From Gracilinanus agilis (taxonomy: Eukaryota), in contig NC_058131.1 in NCBI RefSeq assembly GCF_016433145.1, forward strand, positions 347,547,265 through 347,611,264: a stretch of DNA of 64,000 bases, in the 5' to 3' direction. Both the position numbers and the translations under genes were made by a program. A model generated the notes under the pieces. The model did no database searches. It was not told the origin of the DNA and worked only from the letters and a program-made list of their open reading frames with translations. Positions 54,637-64,000 of this stretch are shown here, piece by piece (the first letter of the stretch is position 1; every line of letters starts with the position of its first letter).

Positions 54637-54830
54637 TTTTTTTTTTAAACCCTTACCTTGGGTTAATACTGTGTATTGGCTCCAAGGCAGAAGAGTAGTA
54701 AGGGCTAGGCAATGGGGGTCAAGTGACTTGTCCAGGGTCACACAACTGGGAAGTGTCTGAGGTCATATTTGAACCTAGGACCTCCCATCTCTATGCCTGG
54801 CTCTCAATCTATTGAGCTACCCACCTGCCC
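54637..54830 (-). mobile_element. SINE1-like
   Basis: Poly-T plus reverse body ending cccacctgcccc. Confidence 0.85.
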
Positions 54831-56963
54831 CTTTAACTATTATTATTACAGAGGGGAAGGCAGGGAATCAGAGTACAAAATGGGGCTTAAACCTAGGAAT
54901 TTCAAGCCTAGAATGTTCTTGGTACATCTTAAGTGTCTGCTGGCCAACTGCCTGATTGCAGGCACTGTACCACTGACCACCATGTTATCATGCATTTTGA
55001 TTTAGTGTAAAATGTGGTATTATTTGCCAGTCAGGTTCTTAATGGTGGTTTGACATCCTCTTCTACTAAGCCCTCTCCAGCCCAAGGACTTCTCAATTGA
55101 GCTTTTTTTAGCAAGAGAAAGATTAGTCAACACTGCAGGCCTTGCTCAGCCCCAGCATTCTATAGAACCCAGGCAGGAAGTAGTTGTTGAATGAACAAAC
55201 AGGAGCAGTGTCTCAGGCTCCCACTCCTAAACCCTATAAGTTAGACCCCGATTCAACTGCAGTGAGTGCTCTTGGCTCTGTTCTTGAGTTCTTCAGTGCT
55301 GGGGGCCCCCTTCTTGGCATCCCCTCCCAAATACCTTCTATTCCCTGGTGATGCTTCTCCAGGTCTCTCTCTAAATTCTCTGGAGAATACCCAGGACAAT
55401 TCTGAAGGATTTATGGAAAAGAACGCTACCCACATTTAGAGGAAGGACTGCAGGAATGGAAGTACAGAGGAAAGGCAACTGCTTGAACACATGGGTTGAG
55501 GTGGACATGATTGGGGATGTAGACTCGAAACTACCACACCAATGCAACTATCGATAATTTGGAAAAAGGTCTTGATCAATGATACATGTTAAAACCAGTG
55601 GAAACACGCATCAGCCATGGGGGGGGGTTGGGGGGTGAAGGGGAAAGTAAGAGCATGAATCATGTAACCATGTTAACTTTTCTAAAAAATAAATATTATT
55701 AAATGTAAAAAATAAATAAATTCTCTGGAGAGGATCCTGTCAGCATGCTATATAGATTTCCATCTAGTTCATTTACTATTTCCCAGGTATCACTGTAGCC
55801 CTCAGACTATTGGCCATCACCATATGACCAGACCTTTGCAGGCCATACAGGAGTCTTCCTGAAGGATGTCTTTCACAACACCCCCGACATGCCAACTTGA
55901 GGAAGTNNNNNNNNNNNNNNNNNNNNNNNNNNNNNNNNNNNNNNNNNNNNNNNNNNNNNNNNNNNNNNNNNNNNNNNNNNNNNNNNNNNNNNNNNNNNNN
56001 NNNNNNNNNNNNNNNNNNNNNNNNNNNNNNNNNNNNNNNNNNNNNNNNNNNNNNNNNNNNNNNNNNNNNNNNNNNNNNNNNNNNNNNNNNNNNNNNNNNN
56101 NNNNNNNNNNNNNNNNNNNNNNNNNNNNNNNNNNNNNNNNNNNNNNNNNNNNNNNNNNNNNNNNNNNNNNNNNNNNNNNNNNNNNNNNNNNNNNNNNNNN
56201 NCCCTCTCTTCCTTCCTTCTCTCTTTTATTTCCTTCCATCCTCCCTCCCTCTCTTCTTCCTTGCTTCCTCCCCCTCCCCCCCTTCTTTCTTTCCCCAGGA
56301 TCACACAGCTAGGAAGTGGGGCAGCTAGATAATACAGTGGATAGAGCCCTGGACCTGGAGTCAGGAAGACTCATCTTCCTGAGTTCAAATCTGGCCTCAG
56401 CCCCTTGCTAGCTATGTGACCCTGGATAAGTCACTTAACCCTCTTGGCCTCAGTTTCCTCATCTATAAAAAGATCTGGAGAACGAAATGGGAAACCATTC
56501 TAGTATTTTTGCCAAGAAAACTCCAAATGGGGTCACAAAGAATTAGACATTGACTGAAACAACTGAATAACAACAACAGAAGGGACCATAGAGACCATCT
56601 AGTTCAATCCCATCACTTCACAGATGAGGAATGTGAGCCCTAGGGAGATTAAATAATTTGCTCAATGTCACAGAAGCAGGAAGTAGAAAAAGTCAGATTT
56701 TAACCCATGTCCTTAGACTCCAAGACCCATTGTCTCATGCTATATCCCACTGTGTCCCTCTTGTAAGGGAATGACATTTCATGGTTTCCAGCTTTAGAGT
56801 GCATCAGGATATCACTTTTTGTTTGAATTTTTTTATGATTTTACTAGTAACAGGAACTTCTTTTATCAATATAAAATAGTCTTATAAAGTTCCCTTGACC
56901 ACTGAGGACTAAGGTGACTTGTCTAAGGTCACATAGCCAATATTTCAAAAGTGGAACTTGATG

Positions 56964-57135
56964 CAGGCAGCTGGGTGGCCCAGTGGATGGAGAGCCGGAC
57001 CTAGAGACAGGAGGTCCTAGGTTCAAATGCGGCCTCAGAAACTTCCTAGCAGTGTGACCCTGGGCAAGTCACTTAACCCCCATTGCCTAGCCCTTACCTC
57101 TCTTCTGCCTTAGAACCAATACGCAGGTTAGGGTT
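56964..57135 (+). mobile_element. SINE1-like
   Basis: ggcagctgggtggcccagtgg head, B box, body. Confidence 0.8.
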
Positions 57136-58209
57136 TTATTTATTTATTTTAAGTGGAACTTGAATTCAATTCTTCTTATGCCATGTTGCCTCACTGATAG
57201 AATTATTGTTATTCAGTTGTTTTTCAGTCGTGTCTGACTCTACATGGTCCTTTTTGGGGTTTTCTTAGCAAAGGTCCTGGAGTAGTTGATCATCTTCTTC
57301 TCCAGTTCATTTTATAGATGAGGAAATTGAGGCAAACAGAATTAAGTTGCTTGCCCAGCGGTCACCCAGAAAATAAATGTTGAGGGCTAGATTTGAACTC
57401 AGGAAGATGAGTCTTCCTGACTCCAGGTCAGGCACTCTATCTACTTTGTCACCTAGCTGCCTCTTATAGAATATTAATGTTTAAAAAGTGTGTTTTTGTG
57501 TTTGGGAGGTTGAGAATCATGTAAAGTACTGTAAGATTCCCCTGATTTAGTCTAGCCTGCCCTGGTATTGTCCTCGTATTTAACTTGGGGCCTACCTCAC
57601 TGTCTCAGCCAAGGCATTCATTGGTGTCGAGGAGGCATTTAAATTTCTCGATGAAATCTAAAAAGAAGAGGGATTCCCTATAAACAGTGAGATTCCCCAG
57701 ATGCTCCTGCTTGGGTCAAGCTCCAGAAACCTACAGGATGTTTTCAGTGATTCTGCTCTCAATGGCCACAAAATTCAGCTGTTAAAAAGAAAAATAGAAA
57801 GAAACACCCATGATTGAGGGATGACTGGCTTAGCCATGGGAGGATTTAATGAGTCAAACTCCACGGATCAAAGTGTGTGTGTATCCCCCAGCAGACAAGA
57901 AGCTAAAGGATGCAAACAGTTTTCCAAAAAAGAAATCTAACCTATCAAAAGGCTCCCCCCCCACAAGTTCCGTATTCATTAATATAGAGCAGTGGGCCTA
58001 CAAAGAGGAAGACTCATCTTCTTGAGTTCAAATCTGGTCTCAGACACTTGCTCTATGACCCTGGAGCAAGACACATAACCCTGTTGGCCTCAGTTTTCTC
58101 ATCTGTCAAATGAGTTGGAGAAGGAAATAGCAAACCACTCCAGTATCTCTGCCAAGAAAACCCCAGATAGGGTCACAAAGGATCAAACTTGACTGAAACA
58201 AATGAACAA

Positions 58210-60300
58210 ATTCACCAATAACAGAGAAATGCAAATCACAACATCCCTGAGGTACCACCTCACACCCACCAACCTAGAAAAGATGATAAATGATGGGAAG
58301 ACTCATTGTTGAAGAAGTGGTGGGAAGATAAGAATGTCAATTCACTGCTGGTAGAGCTGTGAATTCCTTCAACCAACCTGGAAAACAATATGGTTTTCTA
58401 GAAGAACAATGACTAAGTTATTCAGTCTTTGACTGGGCCATTGCCAGTTATCCTGACTTTTCTCTTGCCATTGGGCTTCTATAGCTTTGAAATTAAGAAA
58501 GAGATTGAAGGCTTTGCAACTCTGCCTCATTTAAATCCAATTCAAGTACAAGTGAAGACATTACCCTGTCATGTCATTGGTCCTCTTCAAAAACAAAAGA
58601 AAAACAACAATTCTTTGACTCAGAAATTACATAACTAGGGTTATGGTAAACACTAGCATTTATATAGTGTGTTAAGATTTTAAAAGTGCAGAATATAAAG
58701 GGAATCAATAAAAAATGTGAAAGAAGGCAACCTATCAGTACCAGATTTCACACTATATTGCAAAGTGGTAATCATCATTAACAACCTGGTACTGGCTAAA
58801 AAATAGAATGGTGAATCAGTGGAATACAGTAGTAAATGACCATAATAATCTAGGGTTGGATCAATGCAAAGATCTAAGCTTTGGGGGCAAGAATTCACTA
58901 TGAGGCAAAAATTGTTGGGAAAACTGGAAAGCAGGTAGGCAGAAAGTGGCCATAAACCAACATTCACACTGAATACCAAGATAAGGTCGAAATGGGTACA
59001 TAATTTAGACAGAAAGGGTGATATAAGCAAATTAGGGGAATATGGATTTTTTTTACCTGTCAGATCTATGGGTAAGAGATGAGTTAATGACCAAATGAGA
59101 GATAAAAAACATTACATAAAGTAAAATGTGTATAGTTTTGATAACATGAACTTAAAAAGGCTTTGCAACAACAAAACAAATGCAGCCAAAATTAGGGAAA
59201 AAAAAAAAGCAGGAAACTGAGAAAGAATTTTTATTGCAAGTTTCTTTGATAAAGGCCTCATTTCTCAAATATATAGGGAACTGAAACAAATTTATAAAAA
59301 CAGGAGCCATTCCCCAATTGAGAAATGGTCAAAGCATATGAACAAGCAATTTTCAGAAGAAATCAAAACTATCAAAAGTCACATTAAAGTACTCTAACTA
59401 TTAATTAGAAAAAAATCAAATTAAGACAATTCAGAGGTGCCATCTCACACATATCAGATTGGCTAATATGACAGAAAAGGAAAGTGATAAAGGCTGGAGA
59501 GGATATGGAAAAGTAAGGATAGTAATGTACTCTTGGCAGAGTTGTGAACTGATCCAACCATTCTAGAGGACAATATGGAACTATACCCAAAGGACTATAA
59601 AACTCTGTGCAATATCACCACTAGGCCTATATCCCAAAGAGATCAAAGAGAAAGAAAAAGGACCTATATGTACAAAAATATTTATAGCAGTTCTTTTTGT
59701 GGTGTCAGAAATTGGAAATTGAGGGAATGCCCATCAATTGGGGAATGGCTGAACAAGTTGTAAATGATTGTGACTGAATACTAAGCAGGATGGTTTCAGA
59801 AAAATCTAGGAAGAATTATATGAACTGATGCAAAGTAAAATGATCAGAACCAGGAGATCACTGTACATATTAACAGCAATATTTTAAGGCTGATCAGCTG
59901 TGAAAGCTTTAGCTACTCTGATTAGGACACTGGCCAAGATAATTTCATAGGACCCATGATGAAAAATGCTCCAGAGAGCAAACTGCTGAGCTAAGTGCAA
60001 ACTGAAAGTATAATTTTTTCCATTTTATTTTTGTTGTTTAATTGTTTTTTCATTCTTGTCTGACTCTTTTTTGGGGAGTTTTCTTGGCAAAGAGTGTTTT
60101 GCCATTTCCTTCTCCAGCTTATTTTACAGTTGAGGAAACTGAGGGAAACAGGATTAAGTGAATATGAAAATATGTTTTGTACGATTTCACATGTATAATT
60201 GATATCCTATTGCTTGCCTTCTCAATGGAAAGGAGAGAGATAAGAGGGAGAGAGAGAATTTAGAATTCAAAATTTAAAAATGTTAAAAAATATTTTAAAA
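58210..60300 (+). mobile_element. Decayed L1 ORF2/3'UTR fragments, interrupted by MAR1-like pieces
   Basis: gaaatgcaaatcaca...taccacctcacaccc and similar ORF2 C-terminal motifs occur twice; many stops. Confidence 0.75.
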
Positions 60301-60960
60301 AATTTGAAAAACACGTTCTATATCTTATCTGATTCTCATAGCAACCCTGTGTGGTGGGTACAGTTTTTATCCCCATTTTATAGATGAGAAAGCTGAATCT
60401 GAGAGAGATTAAATGACTTGCCAAGTTTACACGACTTATAAATTGTCTGAGATGGGATTTGAATTCAGGTCTTCTTGACTCTAGGCTCAGCACTCTATAC
60501 ACTGTACCATCACTCTACTATGCTTCTGGAAGGCCTGCTGTCAGCAAGAAAAGACCCATATATACAGACATGTCCACAGCAGTATTATCTGTGATAACGA
60601 CATTTGACATTTTGGAAACAACATAATTGGCCAATGGACAAACCAATTGTGGTGCATGAAGATAATGGGATATTATGGCTCTATAAGGAATGAGTGACAT
60701 GGAGAGCTCAGAGAGACCCTTAAAGATGTGTGTCAAATGAGACAGAATAATGAAAGCAAAGCCCAAAGAAAAATGGACATAAGAACTATGGCATGGGGAA
60801 AGGAATGGTCAGCATGGAAAAGCAATGGCATGCCAGCTAGATATACCAGTCAATACTAACAGACAAAAGCATATAATAACACTAAAGAACACACCTTTCC
60901 TTTCTTTTAATAATTTTTAATCTAATTATCTTCTCTGTCCCCTGCCAAGGGATGCACTTT

Positions 60961-61258
60961 TTTTTAAAGCTCATTTAATTAATTAATTTAAAGTAGTTTC
61001 CCATGGTTACATGATTCATGTTCTTTCCCTCCCCTCCTCCCTCCCCCCTCCTGTAGCCAACAAGCAATTCCACTGGGTTTTACATGTGTCATTGATCAAG
61101 ACATATTTCCATATCGATATTTGCACTGAGGTGATCATTTAGAGTCTACATCCCCAATAATATCCCCATTGAAACATGTGTTCAAACAGTTGTTTTTCTA
61201 CTGTGTTTCTACTCCCACAGTTCTTTCTCTGGATGTGGATAGCGTTATTTCTCATAAG
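60961..61258 (-). mobile_element. 5'-truncated L1 3' end
   Basis: Poly-T, same family as 26290-26480; flanked by duplicated aagggatgcacttt (60947-60960, 61887-61900). Confidence 0.75.
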
Positions 61259-61263
61259 TAAGG

Positions 61264-61885
61264 TGTAGCAATCCAGGTATACATTAATCGTGATATTATT
61301 TTAAGAAGTATTCAAAACTTAACTCTTATTACTGCTAATGATTGATCTCTGTAATCTGGAGTCAAATTGCCAAATCCCTAGCCCTTCCCTAAGGCTACAC
61401 CCCAGAAGAGAGTCAGTTATCTCAGTCTCCTTACTTTTCCTTCAATGATCAATTAACATAGGTATCAAACATCAGTAGATGCCTTAGGCCATATCCACCC
61501 AGGATCCCGATCTTAGCCCTACCTATTGTTTTAGGTTTTGACAGTTTGCATTTTATGATGATTACCTCTTAATGTTAATGTATCAGGCCACCAGCCTCTC
61601 CCCTTCCCCCATACTGTTGCAACCCCAATAAAAGTGACAAGACAGCAGTTGGCAAGAGAGCTCTTAACCATCAGAGCTCCTAACCATGAAGCTCTTGACC
61701 ATCAGAGCTTACTCACTGTCTGTCTACCATATGCCAAAACTTTCTGTGTCTGCGTATCTTTATTCTCGCCTTATGTTCTCTTTCCATTAATCCTTAACCC
61801 GAAACCCATTTTCACTCAGTCCTTGGTTCCCCTTTCTGAGTGTCCAACCCACTAGGAATCTTTGTGAAGCTGCTGGACGGCTTCA
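61264..61885 (+). mobile_element. Solo LTR, 622 bp
   Basis: TG...CA ends; perfect 5-bp TSD taagg; AATAAA ~61627. Confidence 0.85.
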
Positions 61886-63080
61886 TAAGGGATGCACTTT
61901 GTAAGTGGGTTTACTTGGATATTTTATAGGAAATATCTATTGTGTTAAAAAATATGTAACTCCAATTTTGTTTTACACATTATTTATACTCCTAAGTAGA
62001 CAGATTAGAGGGGAGTGAGGAAGCAAATAGTGACTAAAAGCTAGGAAGGAACCGAGTCCAGAAGGAAGACGACAAGATGGGATTGAGGGAGCTAGTAGAG
62101 GTTCTTTTGTGGGCCTGGCCTATGATTTCATTGCTTTGGGATGGGGAAGCTAGGTGGTTCAGTGGATAGAGTGCCAGGCCTGGAGTTGAGAAGTCCTGGG
62201 TTCAAATCTGACTCCAGACACTTTCTAGTTGTATGATCCTGGGTAAGTCTCTCCAGTTTGCCTAGCCCTTACTGCTCTTCCCAATACTTAGTTTTAAGAG
62301 GGAAGGTAAGGGTTAAAAAAAGACAAAAGCCACCTTAATTCAAGCCCCACCCTTCCTGGTCCCTCAGCTGTTATTGTCCTCTGCACCAAAATTACCTTTC
62401 ATCTGTTTTGCATGAATTCCATATGTATCTATAAATGTGCACATTATCTCCCTTATTGAAATGTTGGCTCCATTGTGAATTTAGTTCAGGCATTTTGGAA
62501 AATCGTTTGGAACTATATCCAAAAAGCTATTAAGCTGGGCATTCCTTTTGCCCGGCAATACCTCTACTGGCTCTATACCACAAAATGATCAAAAAATGAG
62601 GCAAAGAACTTGTGTTCAAAAATATTTCTAGCAGCTCCCTATATTTGTAGTAACAAGGAACTGGAAACTAAGGGAACGCCCATCAGTTGGAGAGTGGCTG
62701 AACACGTTATTGCATATGAGTGGGGAAGAATATTACTGTGCTGTAAAAAATGATGAAAAGGATGGTTTCAGAGAAACCTGAGAAGATTGATATGAACTAA
62801 TGCAGAGTGAAAGGCAGCTAGGTAGTACTAGGGGCTTAAGAGTCAGGCTCATCTTCCTGAGTTCAGGACTGATGAGAGTTGAAATCTGACCTCAAATATT
62901 TCCTAGCTGGGTGACTCTGGGCTTTTCGCTTAACCCTGTTGACCTCAGTTTCCTCATCTGTAAAATGAACTGTAAAATGAAATGGCAAACTACTCCAGTA
63001 CCTCTGCCAAGAAAACCCCAAATGGGGTCATGAAGAGTTAGATAAGACTGTGTCCACATGGAATCTAGAGTTCCCAAACT

Positions 63081-63671
63081 TGTAGCTTAGTGAGATATGA
63101 TGAACCCCAAGTTTAGAAATAGTTTGTAGGTTGGAGACCCCCAAAGCTTGTGCTTGTTCCCTGTTCCCGTGGGAATCCACCCTGAAGGGAATCTCAGGCT
63201 AGCAGTTGCAGACTGAATAATGGACCCCAGGGTAAATGCTAAATACCCTTTTGTCCTAGGTAGTCTTGCCCATTGTATCAGAGACCCGGTCCCAGGAAGG
63301 CACACCTGGGCAGGAACTATCTTTTAGTATCCATTGTGTAAGTAGCCCCTACCCCTACACCCTAGCCTCTAGCTATGATCCCTTTCTCTAGCTTGATTGT
63401 ATCCGGTCAGTATAATGTCAATCATCTCTCCTGGCCCCTAGATCTTCCCAAATGGTATATAGGTTCCCCAATTTCCTTTGTCCCTAGGAGTGGTCATCTA
63501 GCGCGGTGGCACTCCCAGGGGAATCAGGGAGCAGAGCGAAGCAGTGTTCCTTTAGACTCTGCACAAGGCGCAGCTCTGCATAAGAGGCCAAGTAGCCCTC
63601 ATCCCCCTTTCCCTTGATTAAAGAGTGGTTTTATGACTATTTAATAGTCCCGCGTTTTTTCTAAGTTAACA
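63081..63671 (+). mobile_element. Solo LTR, ~590 bp
   Basis: TG...CA ends; TATA-like ggtatatagg ~63455; ATTAAA ~63617; flanks aact/(a)act are ambiguous by one base. Confidence 0.7.
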
Positions 63672-64000
63672 ACTGAAAGGACTGATCAAAAAAATGTAGA
63701 GTAAAGCCGGCAAGAGAGAGCCAGAACAATTTATAGAATGGCAACAATATTGTAAAGACAAAGCTTTGAAAAACTTCAGAAATCTGATTTGCTGTTTGCC
63801 CTTCACAGCCTTTCATAACCAAGCCCTTTCCTCCCTTTCCAGGCTTACGCCTTAGTCCCTGACATCAATTCTTCCATCCATCCAGGCTGTTAGAGGAAGA
63901 AGACATTCCACCTCTCAGCTCCCAGCATTCCCTCTGGCTATCCCCCATTCCTGGAAGTCTCCCTATTCAGTTCTGCCTCCTGACTTCCCTAGCTTCCTTA

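Noticed and set aside
55817-56328. Long ORFs full of X (also at 1173, 3602, 11953)
   Set aside because: Artefacts of translating through N-gaps.

Overview
Marsupial genomic DNA, most likely the opossum Monodelphis domestica, judged from didelphid-type tRNA-derived SINEs, MAR1-like SINEs, low background CpG and five N-gaps. The gene order matches the UQCC1-FAM83C-EIF6-MMP24OS/MMP24 block of human 20q11.22 as I recall it. Genes recovered by hand from splice sites and reading frame: the last coding exon and 3'UTR of UQCC1 (+, missed by the ORF track); complete FAM83C (+, 4 exons, 693 aa); complete EIF6 (+, 1 non-coding and 6 coding exons, 245 aa); a 61-aa MMP24OS microprotein (+); and exons 5-9 of MMP24/MT5-MMP (-). 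MMP24 exons 1-4 were not found and probably lie beyond the right edge. The rest is SINE, L1, L2, CR1/L3, solo-LTR and hAT-MITE sequence. Best leads: (1) the conserved, probably myristoylated MMP24OS microprotein; (2) a predicted ~0.9 kb tail-to-tail 3'UTR overlap between MMP24OS and MMP24; (3) a hAT MITE family whose two copies both carry a consensus CTCF core; (4) a repeated TLGHSKLDLITKY motif in the FAM83C tail; (5) a young OC1-like MITE. Gene, family and human comparisons are from recall, not from searches. Repeat boundaries are approximate unless a TSD is given.
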